This document shows positions 13,239 to 25,989 of a stretch of 64,000 nucleotides of DNA, one piece after another. Numbering within the stretch: position 1 is the stretch's first letter; every line of letters begins with the position of its first letter. The stretch is from Sphagnum compactum (taxonomy: Eukaryota): the NCBI GenBank assembly GCA_965153455.1, contig OZ234493.1, positions 17,288,213 through 17,352,212 on the forward strand. Reading direction: 5' to 3'. The position numbers and the translations under genes were made by a program. Under the pieces are notes generated by a model, which worked only from the letters and a program-made list of their open reading frames with translations, was not told the origin of the DNA and did no database searches.

Positions 13239-14280
13239 CTATACATATGATCTGCGCACTACGCTCGCAGTGCGCGGGGCTGGGGGCTGTTTGACCACCA
13301 AAAAAGCACCGCAGTGCGGGGCTGTTTTACCGTAGTGCGGGGCTGTTTTCGTTGACCTTTTTCACTTTTTGTTACTTTTTGTTACTTTTTTTACTGGTCA
13401 TAACTTTTATAAGTTACTTTTTACTGCTGAAATAGAGGTAAAGTTTGTTACTTTTTTAAACTTTTTTTATTACTTGTAACTTTCATAAATTACTTTTTAC
13501 TGGGCCAGGAAGGCCAGGGTTTATATTTTATTCATTGTGCGAGGGGGGAAAGGGGTGCACACCTCGATTTTTTTCCTTCTTTTTTTTTTAGTTTTAAGGG
13601 GGGAGGGTGTGGAGGTTAATGTTTTCTTTTTCGTATACATATGAAAAGGTGGAAGGAGGAGGGGGGAAAGGGGTACATTTAAGGTAATTTGGAAATGTTT
13701 TTCTTTCATTGTGGAGAGGCTAGGGAGGGGAAGGGGGTACTGTTTTATACAAAATCATTGTGGGACGGGGGAAAGGGTGCACCGGGGGAAAGGGTGCAAG
13801 TTGATTTTTTTTATTCTGTTTTTTATTGTTGAGGGGGAGGGGGGTGGGGGTCAATGTTTTTTTTCCCCTATATATATATGAAAAGGTGGAAGGAGGAGGA
13901 GGGAAAGGGGTACATTGGGTTTTTTTGGAAATGTTTTATTCATTGTGGAGAGGATAGGGAGGGGTTCACCGGGGGTTTAGGGTTTTTACAAATTCATTAT
14001 GGGACGGGGGAAAGGGTGCACCTTGATTTTTTTTTCTTATTTTTTTTACTGTTGAAGGGGAGGGGGGGGTGGAGGGTAATGTTTTTTTTTTCCTTCATTT
14101 GACATGTGGAAGGAGGAAGGGAAAGGGGTGTCTTTTTCTTTCTTTTTTTAAATGTTGTTTTTTCATCGTGGAGTGGCTAGGGATAGGGGGTCAAGGGTCA
14201 AGGGAGGGGGTGCGCCTTTATTTATTTATTTTGATTTTTTGATGTGTTGAAGAGGAGGGGGCGGAGGTTGAGGTTTTTTT
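13239..14280 (-). mobile_element. Hairpin-terminated G-tract repeat element (Helitron-like family)
   Basis: Begins where similarity to 25860 breaks. Hairpin GCGCACT/AGTGCGC followed by family motifs. Inverted copy at ~49680-50710. Confidence 0.5.
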
Positions 14281-15285
14281 TGGTATTGATTTAGTAAATG
14301 ATAATCAATATTGGACAATATTGATAAACAATGCTACTAAAGAATGTTCCACTAACCCAACTCACAAGGCGCACCTTATATGGTCAAACAAACATACAAC
14401 TCCACTTATGGAATTACAAAACTCATGTAGAGAAGTTGTCATGTACTATAGGGTGCTTGCGTGATGGTTTAGGACATGTTCCACCTTGGTTCAGACCTAT
14501 ACATACAAATCTACTTTTTCACTTTTCGTAATAGTTTCCCCTTGCGTGCAAACAACCTATGCATATGATGTGAGCATTATAATCATAAGGTCGCAAGCTC
14601 AAGGCTGTTTGACCACAAAAAATCCAGTGCAATGCCAAGCTATGCATACGCTGTGCGCACTACGCTCACCCCATGCAGTGCAAGGTTGTATGCTCACAGG
14701 TGGGATGCTGTTTAGGGTTGACTTTTTGTTATTGTTTATAGCTTTTGTAAATTACTTTTTACTTTTGAAAGGGGGCAACGTGTGTTATTTTAGGGTTTTC
14801 TTTTTTATTGTTCAAGGAGAGGGGGTGCACCTATACATATGTTCATCACAAACTTTTTTGTCAAACGTATTGGTATTGATATTGATTTAGTAAATGATAA
14901 TCACTATTGGACAATATTGATAAACAGTGCTACTAAAGAATGTTCCACTAACCCAATTCACAAGGCCCACCTAATATGGTCAAACAAGAATACAGCGGCA
15001 CTTATGGAATTACAACACTTCATGTAGACAACTTCCTGTACCTATAGGGTACCTCTGTGATGGTGTAGGACATATTCCACCTTGGGTCAAACCTATACAT
15101 ATGAATTTTTTTTCCTCACTTTTTGGAATAGTTCTCCCCTGCAGGCAAACAGCCTGTGCATATGATGTGAGCCTTATAATTATAAGGTCGCAAGCTCAAG
15201 GCTGTTTGATCGCAAAAAATCTAGCACAATGCCAAGCTATACATACGCTATGCTCATTACACTCACCCAATGCAGTGCAAGGCTA
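14280..15285 (+). repeat. Two copies of a ~400-bp module also found at ~16670-17000, ~21950-22170, ~28660-28875 and inverted at 49400-49680
   Basis: Repeated GGTATTGATTTAGTAAATGATAATC...TTATGGAATTACAA...GGTTCAAACCT. Confidence 0.75.
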
Positions 15286-17739
15286 AAATCAATGTGGAAG
15301 GGATCAGAAAAACCTGTGGAAGGAGGAAGGGAAAGGGATGATTGTTTTTTCTTAAATTGTTTTTTTCATTGTTGAGTGGCTAGGGACTTGGGGTGAGGGG
15401 TTTTTTTTAATATGTTGAAGGGGGATGGGAGGGGGGTGGAGGTTTATGTATTTTTTTGCTTTCATTTGACGTGTGGAAGGAGGAAGGGAAAGGGATGATT
15501 TAAATTTTTATTTTTTTTCATTGTTTAAATTAAATTTCCCCCGAATGTCATCACTACCATCTACCAAAAAGGTTGTGAAGCCCTTTTAGACAGACGCTTT
15601 AATTAATGTTAGCTTGACCATTTTTTAGACCAAATGCATTTGGAGTTAGATTTTGTGTATGAAACATTGAGGTGCTTGAGCATTGGAGGCCAATGGACCA
15701 ACAAGAAAAAGGGAAGAACCCCAAGTTTGTTTGGGGGGGCCCAGCTCCTAGACTTTTGTTTTTTAACAAACAAGAATGTCGATTATGAAAAAACCAAGAA
15801 GGGTAAGGTTTAAGGGTCAGATTGTAAGCTTCTTGGATTGTCTCCATTCCTTATTTCTTTTTATGGCGGTCTACGATTTTTTCTCCTTCAGATGTCTTCT
15901 GTTTCAAGTCCATCACAAAGTGGGGACCCCTAATTTGTATTGGTGTTATTTAAACACTTTCAGAACACTTCTCAAAATGTCCAAGGTTTTAATGCTTTGT
16001 TCATGTAAAATAGACATTGAAACAATTTAGATTGTAAAGACTTAATTTTGGTATTGTTTAAATAATAAATGATGTAACACCGTATTTACATTGGTTTTTT
16101 GTTGTTTGACATGTTGTATTCACATGTTGTCGATATTGTAATGATATTGCATTAGTATTGTGATTGTATTGGATATGCACTTTTAATTGTAAACGACGCA
16201 ATGTTGTTATAATATGGTTACAAACTCTATTCTTGTATCGATTCTCTATTATATTTATGTTGTCTATATTTTGAAAGGCTTAGTACTCATTTTTTTCCAA
16301 CATCATATTTGCATTGCACATGCTTGGTTGAACGTAAGGGATGTAATGTTACAACAACATAGCTAAAAACTTAATATTCAATATTGACTCGATGTTTTAT
16401 TCTTATTGTTTATGTTACTGTATATATGTCATAATCACACTTTCCCAACATTGTATTTGTATTGTTTTTGTGTTGTTGAAGGTAGGTGATGTAATGTTGC
16501 AACAACACAATTGCAAATTGTATATTCAAGAGTGAATCAATGTTGTATTCATGTTTATTATGATGTTGCAAATGTGTTAGGGGCACAACACAACAAAAGC
16601 ATTTAGAAATTGCATATGCACCATTGGTAGCAAGAGGTACAATATCGCAGCAACATGTTTACAAACTTTGTATTGGTATTGCTTTAGTAAATGATAATCA
16701 ACATTGGATAGTATTGATAAACAGTGCTACTACAGGATGTTCACTGACCCAATTCACAAGGCACTCCTATACATGGTCAAACAAAAGTACAACTCCAGTT
16801 ATGGGTTTAGGGTTCTTCATGTAGACAACTTCCTGTACCTACAAGGTAGCTCTGTGATGGTTTAGAGCATATTCCACCTTGGTTCAAACCTATACATATG
16901 ATCTGTTTTTTTTAACTCCTTCAAACAGCCCCGCACCACGCTCCAACAGCCCATACATATGATTTGTGCATTACACTCATAAGGTCGCAGGCTCAAGGCT
17001 GTTTGACCACAAAAAACCTATACATATGACGAGCTGTTTGAGCGTAGTGCGAAGCTGTTTTTTAAAATCTTTTTTTCACTTTTTGTTACTTTTATTATTA
17101 TTTATAACTTTCATAAATTACTTTTTATTGTTGCGAAGGGCCAGGGTTTGTATTGTATTCATTCTGCGAGGGGGGAAAGGGTGCACCTTGATTTATTTCC
17201 TTTTTTTTTTTTTACTATTGAGGGGGGAGGGGGATGGAGGTTTAGGATTTTTTTCCCCCTTCATTGGAAATGTGGAAGGAGCTCCTGCCCCAATATTTGA
17301 TCCTCAAGAAAAAATATGTAGCTGCATCTGTGCATTAGCTTTTTGCTGGTGAAACAAGTGAGCTCTATGTTGCCTCCTTATGGTTTCTGTTGAAGTCTCA
17401 TTGCACTTTGGTCTCCCTGGTCTTCATTTTTTTTTCGTCTTTATCTCCTTTTTTATATTATTCTTTTCGTCTTCTTACTAGATTTTTTTTTGGGGCCATA
17501 TTTCCCAATTTTACCTCTTCTTTGCTTTGTTTATTTATTTATTTATCATTTATCTTTTTTTTTCCGTATTTTTTTCAATTTGTGCCAATGTCTTTCCTTT
17601 TATTCTTCTATCCTTTCCTTGGTTTCGTAAGAGGCATTGAACGAATAATAATGTACAAGTACATGCAAGCTGGGAATAATATGATTTCTGATGGTTGATT
17701 TCCTCTTCAATTTTACAACCAAGCTCTTCGACACCAACC

Positions 17740-19004
17740 CTAAACATATGATCTTGCCACTACGCCCGCAGGGACGGGGGCTGGGGGCTGTTTGACCACC
17801 AAAAAGGGTGCGTAAGGAAGGGCTGTTTTCGTGTAGTGGGGGGCTGTTTTTGTTGACTTTTTTCACTTTTTGTTACTTTTTGTTATTTTTTTTACTGCTC
17901 GTAACTTTTATAAGTTACTTTTTATTGTTGAAACAGGGATAAGGTTTGTTACTTTTTTACTGTTTGTAACTTTCATAAATTACTTTTTACTGTTGAGAAG
18001 GGCCAGGGTTTATAGGGTTTTCATTGTGCGAGGGGGGGGAACTTAAAAGCGTGCAGGTTGATTTTTTTCCTTTTATTTTTTTTACTGTCGAGGGGGAGGG
18101 GGGTGGAGGTTAACGTTTTTTTTCCCCTAGATATATGAAAAGGTGGAAGGAGGAGGGGGGGGGGAAGGGGTACATTTAGGGTTTCTAGATATGTTTTTTT
18201 CATTGTGGAGTGGCTAGGGAGGGGTTCACCAGGGGTTATTTTTTTTTACAAATTCATCATGGGACGGGGGAAAGGGTGCAGGTTGATTTTTTTAATTTTT
18301 TTTTGTACTGTTGAGGGGGAGGGGGGGGGTGGAGGTTAATGTTTTTTTTGGCCTTCATTTGACATGTGGAAGGAGGAAGGGAAAGGGATGATTTTTTTTT
18401 TTAATTTTTTTTTTTCATTGTGGAGTGGCTAGGGACAGGGGGGAACATGAAAGGGTTTTTTTTTTTATATGTTGAAGGGGGATGGGAGGGAGTTTTTTTT
18501 CTATGTTGAAAGGGATGAGAGGGGGGTTTTCTTTTTACAAGTTCATAGGGGGGGGGTTAGGGTTGGTTTAATTAATTAAATCTGAGCTAAAATAAAATAA
18601 ACTTAATTAAGTAGGTAGTTGATTTTCATGTAATTGATCATAAAAATATAGTTATCCATAGATGAATGAAATGTGACCATGTCATATGAAACGTTTTTTA
18701 AAATGAATTTTCAAAAATATCTAAAATGAGTTGCACATGGGTAATGTCATGTCACGCGGAGCCCAAGTCAGGTATTGACCCCCGGAAAAAAAACACCAAA
18801 AAAAACTTCGGGCAGCAAGTAAATAAGTAATTGTTTTTGGGTTGAAAAATAAAGGGTTGTTTAGGGCAGATGACAAGAATTAAAAGATTACTTAAGCAAG
18901 TTAATAAGTAATTGTTTTAGTTTTGAGTTGAAAATAAAGGGTTGTTTAGGGCAGATGACAAGAATTAAAAGATTACTTAAGCAAGTTAATAAGTATGGTC
19001 GTGA
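17740..19004 (-). mobile_element. ~1.3-kb Helitron-like element, paralog of 8876-10163
   Basis: Same A|TCACGACCATAC 5' end. 18330-19004 is near-identical to 9490-10163. Confidence 0.55.
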
Positions 19005-20503
19005 TAAAGAATAATTTCTTTGGGCAGAAAAAAAATGAATTTCAGCTTTGGGTTGGTAAAATTTTGGAAAGGGGGGGCAGATTATTAAAATAAGTGGACC
19101 CCATCCAAAACAGTGGGCTGTTGGCCCCCAAAAAAACTCATTTGGGCAGTGAATAAAATACTTTTGAGCAATTCTTTAGGCAGAAAATTAAATACTTTGG
19201 AGGAAACCAAAAAATTGGGCAGCGAATCAAATCATTTTGAGCAGATATTGGGCAGAATTTATTTTTCTTTCGAGCAATTATCGGGGCGGTAAATAATACA
19301 CAGGTGAGCAAAAAATTTGGGCAGCGAATAATTTCCTTTTGGCAGAAATATGGGCAGAAATAGAAATACTTTTTGAGCTTTGGGGCCGGGGAAAAAAAAA
19401 GGTGGGGGCGGTTGTGGTAGGGGCAGATGAAAACAACACTAATCAAACACTTGTCAAGGCATTTAAGAATTTTTTTTGAACCTTGGGTTGTTGGCACTAC
19501 AACGCAGCGAGTAAAAAAGCACTTTTGAGCTTCGGCTAGGTTCAACTTGGGAAAATAAAAATGGGCAAAAGGAGGGGTAGTAGGGGCAGATGTTGAAAAT
19601 AAGAACATATTTTCGCGGGCAGGAGGTTGACCCTAGAATCACGCTCTCTTCGTCCGTCGTCTCTTCCGTCGTGCTCAGTCGTCTCCTCTCTCTCTCTCTG
19701 TGAGAAGCAAAGAGACTTTTCGAGACAGAATTTGATCATTGTTTTTTTGCTTTTCCCCTCTTTCTTTTTTGGCGGTTGTGGCGGACGTCGTTTTGTGTTG
19801 TGATCCGGTTCTTTGTTTTTGTGGAGTTTTTGTTCTAGGTGTGAGGAGGAATAGGAGGAGGAAATGGAAAGTTCAGAAACTGCAACATTGTTCTTGGGAG
19901 GAGTTTGTTTTTTTTGGCTTTTGATTTGAAGGCGCTGATAGACTCGCCACTATCCTTTTTCCAATTCTTTGTCGTTTCTTGTGCTGGGCTGCGTGCATTC
20001 TTCTTCTTCCCCCACACGGACTAGTGCTCGAGACCTGTTCACGGTCCAGGTCCGTAGAAAAAATCGATGACAAGGAATCGTTGACGCCTAACCGGCTCCT
20101 TAGTGCGTTGGGTCGGAAGTCTCCGAATCCGGAACGCAGACAGCTCCGGTCGTTCTTCTCAACCTCGGAGCCGCATCATCAGAATCCGAGCGTTTCGATT
20201 TTCTTACAGGGAGGGAAGGCTAGCGGCGATGGATTTTGTCGAGATCGGCTTCGTGGATGTTCTAGACAGGTAGAAGCATCATGAGAGTATAGGAGTTTGA
20301 AGAGGAGAGAATAGACAAAGCCCAGAAAGACATTCCCCCGAAAGGAAAGAATACAGTGGGATGCAAGTCTTCTATGGAGCCATAAGGAGGAGAAAATTAG
20401 CTTCCGTACAAGCAACTTTTGTTTCCTGGCTTCTCAAGTCGACAAATTTTCTTCCTGCAGCACAAGGGAGGTCTGGAATTGGAGGTTTTCTTTACAACAA
20501 GCC

Positions 20504-20900
20504 ATGTTGCTGCTGCTGTCACCGGTGGCCATTTGGCTCGGGGAGGGTGAAGCGCTGTTGGAACTCAAAAATAGTATAGTGAGTGCAAACAAGGGGCTTG
20601 CAAAGTGGGCGGCCATAGACCTCTTTCCTCGCAATCGGACCGGAGTGACATGCACAGGAGACTCAATCACAGCCATCAATCTCTCAGTCTCAGCACCTCA
20701 GGCCAAGTTCCAGAAGGTGTGCTAGGTGAGCTCAACCGAATTTCCAACTCCACAGCAGCTGAATCCGAATAGATCCTTTTGGGTCTTTTTGCAATCTTCC
20801 GGTGCAGCGCTTTCCACCACTCTCAGAGGGTTTAGGCTCAGCAAGTTGGAATTTTTGTTGAATCCTTCTTTTGGGTTGTGATCGATTTCTAAGAGTCTGT
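20504..20900 (+). pseudogene. LRR receptor-like kinase N-terminal fragment (signal peptide, LRRNT, first LRR)
   Basis: LLLLSPVAIWLGEGEALLELKNSI...W...TGVTC...ITAINLS, then frameshifted GQVPEGVLGELNR. Confidence 0.55.
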
Positions 20901-21539
20901 TGTTATTGTGGTCACAAAAAAAAAGCTTTTATAACATTCTGATCCATTTTTACATTTGCGTCGTGATTTGGGCTGGCATTCGTCTTCTTATTTTTGTTGT
21001 TGCACTCACCAGGAAACTAGTTAAAGAGTGTTCGATTCGTGCACTCAGTCGGGGTTTGTTTTCACACTCCACTCCCTACAATTTGTACAGGCAAAAAATT
21101 TGGTCAAGTTTTTTTGGACATCTTGCAAGCAGGAATTTAGCAATCAAGATGCTTCGTTTAACACGAGGAATGTCTCTATTACAGAAACTTCAAGTCAATT
21201 TTCTCAATCAATCTTTTGTCTTCCTTTTTTTCAGCTCGGGATAAGTGCTTTATGGAATCGTACGTCTAGTCGTTGCGGTAATTTGCGCCTTCTATCTCCC
21301 CTTTTGACTTTTTTTACCTGCTACAGGTCTTTTTGATCGTGCGGAGTCTTTCTGGGGGGGTTTGGGCCACTCGGCACTTTGATTCGGTTCAAAACTTTTG
21401 GTTGATCTTGTTGCTTCGTCCTTAGTTTATGCGGTGAAGTGGAAAGTGTCACCTGGAAGGGGGATCCTTCCTTTCGGTCCCACGGATGGTACGTTCTTAG
21501 ATATTCAATTTGGATTTAAAATTTGCCGGTAAAAAAACA

Positions 21540-22495
21540 GGCAAAATATCAGACCACAGCTTGGATAATCCAATTTCTGAGCTTCACTGTACATAGAGAG
21601 TGTGCGGGCAACCCGTAGCATTCAAGCCAGTCTCGTACTAGGAGCACTTGCAGCCACTTTTCCTGCGGTCCAAATATTGCTAGGTGCATATTGCATGCTA
21701 GGTGGGGCATGTGACAGGCAGCACAAGGAAAGTACTTTGTTGAAGATCATCATTTTGCATGTGTAGAGAGAGAGACTACATCCCGCTTCTTCTCAGAGAG
21801 ACGGAGACTAGATATTCCGTAGCGAGTCTATGTCGTATTCATGTGCGTTATGATGTCGTAAATGTGTTATGGGCACATCGCAACAAAAGCTTTCGGAAAT
21901 CGCATATGCACCGTGGGTTGCAAGAGATATGATATCGCAACAACACGTTTATAAACTTTGTGTCCGTATCGATTCAACAAACGATAATCAGTACCGGACA
22001 TCATCCATAAACAGTGCTATCGGAAAATGTTTCCACTGACCCAATTCGCAAGGCGCACCTAATATGGTCAAACAAAAGCACAACTCCAGTTATGGAATTA
22101 CAACGTCCTATACCTAGAGGGTGCCTCTGCGACGGTTTAGAACATATTCCACCTCGGTTCAAACCTCGGCCGTGATTCCCTCGGCAAGCTACATGGTTCA
22201 CGCACCAGCGACCACTTCGTCCAAAAATGAAATCTGGTCTAATTCACAAAATTTCAACATCTGCGTAGAGTCACAATAAAAAGAACATTGCATTTCTTCT
22301 GCAGCAAGCTCCAGGTATCCAAGGAACATGTCAAGAAACATGCCCACGAAGTTCCAAAACATCCATCCGATGACTACTTTGTCTGCTCGGACAAATATAC
22401 TCACCATGATCAAGACTTTCGCTCTCGATATTGATACCGTTCGTTGCCCGTAACGAATTCAACATCGTCCCAAGTATAGGATTTCTGATTTATCC
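21540..22495. repeat. Diverged segmental duplicate of ~28285-29215
   Basis: Collinear similarity, e.g. CACTTCGTCCAAAA...TTCTTCTGCAGCAAGCTCCAG...AACGAATTCAACATCGTCCCAAGTA. Confidence 0.75.
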
Positions 22496-25350
22496 AATAC
22501 GACAGAAGCGGATGCTCGTGCATGAAACAGCATTGAACGGATGCTCAAATGCATCACCACAGCTCCTATAAGCACAGCGGTTAGTGCTGTGCAGACCAGG
22601 AGGACTTCCTCACAGCGAAGTTCGGAACCAGGGGAAAACTCAAAGATGAAGGTGCAGTCGATGCGAACACGCTTCCACATGTATAGGTTCCGTCCATACA
22701 TGTACGTGTGGATAAGCACTAATGCCACCATCGAACCATGCACGCCAAAGGAGAGGAACGTTCGGACTATCTATCAGCACGCACCTTTGAAAGGAAAGCT
22801 AAAAAATTGCCGTCCTAGACAAAACATTCGGTGATTATATCTGAGTGGATCGGTGGGTAGAGAGGATAAATGCGAGCAAGGCAATAGGATAGTGCCTGAA
22901 AGTTGGGAAAAGGGTCTGCAAATAAGTCAAATATTGCATCTTTCTGTAATCCCCGTCTGGTTGCAGTACGCAGCCAAATGCTAAGATCGGTATCAACGAA
23001 TGCCAAGTGAAAAACCCTGCACAAGAGCAAGACGGAACCAGAATTTAGAACTCACGATCGTACACCGGAAATCTACGGATGATCTCAACGAGCTTCAAAT
23101 TTTCCGTAAGTAATACAACCACAGCACAACATGGGAGGCTCCGATGCTTCTTGCCTCACGAACGTATCAACCTTATGAATGCACCGACAGCAACAATTTA
23201 TGCACTTGGATTTGGCTCTTTAAGGTGAAAGGGATGCCTCCATACAAAACCACTAAAAATGTAAACCCGTGTTCGACAACGGTAATGATTTTTATCATAC
23301 CCGGTAAATACGTCAGACGGTGAGGGGCTGTTCGGTGAATGGGTCTCAGTGCTGCCACGGCCTGCTGCTGATTACCTGACGTGTGAAACGCTCTGCGAAT
23401 GTGACCTCCACCTTCCCCATAAGTTGACTTATCTGCCATATCCAAGCAAATCGTACACTTTCAGAAGTCCACATTTTTTCCAGTTCATATATCATACAGG
23501 TTTCAAATGTTCTTCCTAGCTGTCGACCAATTCAGACCAGTCCTTCTATCAGCCGTCTCAATAGTTGCAGAATTGACCTTGCAGATCAGGAACAAGAGTC
23601 GTCAACCTTCTCGGAGGAATTGATGTCAGCACGATCCACATGATGCATATAGCTTTGAGCTATAAACAAACCGGTGACCTGCACCAACCCCCGGCAACTG
23701 TCGTATGAAAAGAGCACCCGACCACTCCAAAGTAGTGGAAACACTCGTAACCGAGAAACAAATCTCATTGCAACTATCGTGAGCAAAAGTTGTGAAAAAC
23801 GCATCGTCCATTCGGAGAAACTCATCCTCCCAGGCTTGCAGCACAAGAAGAAAACTCCGAGAAAGACGAGCCGTCGGCTAAAACGTAGACACTGTGCATG
23901 CTCCGAATACTCAAAATCTATCTCTGTTTGTGTTGCCAAAGCAAGGTGTCCAGAACTTTGGTCTAAGTGGGAGGAGGATAAACGGTGACTTTCCGAAACT
24001 GTTGTGCTTTGAATAGGATCATGATATCCGAGATATGAGATCAACAAGGCCGGAAGAAGTCAAACAACCCTCTCATATTGCTGTAATATTTTTGCAAAAG
24101 CAGCCATGTTCAAGGAGCTGCCACAATATCCCCGCAAGGATTGTCAGGGTTCCGGTCTCGGTTCATTCACAAGGGAGATGCACGTTACGATGGCAGGATG
24201 AGCGATCTCCTAGAAAGAGTGTAAGCAGGAGAGAAACAAGGAGTTAACAGCCAGTCGAGATGCATGCCTCCAGACACACGCAACAATCAAGCGAAGTAAA
24301 TTTGATTGCAGCAACAACTTGAAGCGACAAGGGCCCAAAGAGTAGATCGCAACATATCAGGTCAGCATAAAAACAAAGATAGGACAAAGAAAACACGTGA
24401 ACATCCGCCGGACAGGTCAGAGCACGGAAGAACTGTGAAATAGAAGAAGAAAATGACAAGTGGCTACAAATAGGAAGAGAAAAGATGAGAGTACCCAAGG
24501 CCAGAGTCTCGAGCACTTTGAGCCTCAAAGGTAGAAAATGTATGAAACCTGGAGCTCTTCAGCATACCAAGCCTTCGGTAGAAGTCGAGGAATGCCACCC
24601 GCAGCACGTCTGCAGCACTTGGAACCTTCTTCGGGCCGAAGGCAACGTCTTCTTGTCCTATACAGTCGGTCATCAATCTTTTTGACCGACAAAACACATC
24701 CTCCCATAGCATCTCCGAGATTGCTGAGATCATTGCCACAGGGGCAGACCGAGGTACGCTCCATCTAATTGGGGATCCATACATAGAAGCTCTTGTGAGC
24801 GAGGAGAGTCCCTGCAGCAACTTCCGAAGGAATCAAACCTGCATGGGATCCAAAAGCAAGCTCCCAGGAATCCACGGTTCTTCTCCTCCACGGCACACCG
24901 GTTAGAGATGTTGCTGCAAGGGTGGCCTTCGCTATTGAATCGATCGGCTCATCATTCCTATCAAGGTAACCTGACTGTGGCACGCTTGCACAGGAGTTCC
25001 CTGCATCGGTACAATATGAGACACGATGTCAAAGTATGCTGGATTTATGAGGAGAATGTCTTAAAAGCTTATATGTGGCGTGCAATTTCCAGATCAGGGT
25101 GCCGTACCCAAAGAAGTTGTGGTCAGACATCCTGGTAAAATTAATTTCAATGCTACCAATTCATTCAGAACGTTGCATCATCAGGCACCGAAGCACTCCC
25201 GTGCAACGTGAAAAGGGAGAGAGCATTGACCACAATCATCGAGTACCACACTTCAGCCTGCAACCGTAGATTCTCAAGCACCCGGTCCAGGCTCCGTAGC
25301 ACCCACGGAGTTCGCCGTACGATCACCTCTACACGTGGAACCAACATCAG
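22459..25350 (-). pseudogene. PHO1: PHO1-family pseudogene, copy 2 (SPX and start of the EXS/TM region)
   Basis: ALVLIHTYMYGRNLYMWKRVRIDCTFIFEFSPGSELR matches the PHO1 MYGxNxxxWxxxRINYxFIFEF motif. SPX exon at 24464-24820. 22768-25868 duplicates 10164-13240. Confidence 0.8.
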
Positions 25351-25989
25351 GAGCAGCCTAGAAAAAATTAGACTCACGGTATCGTTCCAGATACATCGTG
25401 AAACCTCGGACCGCACAAAGACACGCAAAAATGTACTCCTTCACAGGGACATTCGCAGCGGAGGGACCGCAAACCTCTCGTGCATCACACCAACAGAGCC
25501 CAAAAGAGAAAACCGGCGAGCACTTTATCAACGCCCTCCTTCTACACGAAGCTCTTAAACACGATCTACATCTCTCCATATTATCAACCCAGGATCGCTC
25601 AGATATTGCATGCCGGCGATGGTTTGCAGGTTTCGGGAATCTGGCAGTCCGATGCATCAAAAGTATAACGCCAAGTCTACTTTATGTACGAGAATGGGCA
25701 TCTGCGACCATCGACGGTTGCAATCCGGTCACGCATTCTACGGATGGTGCAATTCACGTCCACAACCGATGGACGTTCGAATAAAGATCAGAGGCTCGGA
25801 AGACTTAATATTGGATCCGAATTTATTCTCTTCGTGATGTAGCAGCCCGTTAGCATCCGACACCTCCTAATGGTCTTCAGAATATTGTTAATGTTGCCGA
25901 AGGGAATGGGTCTCAGTGCTAAACCCTAAAGGAAGGTGTTAAAGTATAGGATTTAGGGACAAATATTTGTAATTTTGTTAGAAAATAAT

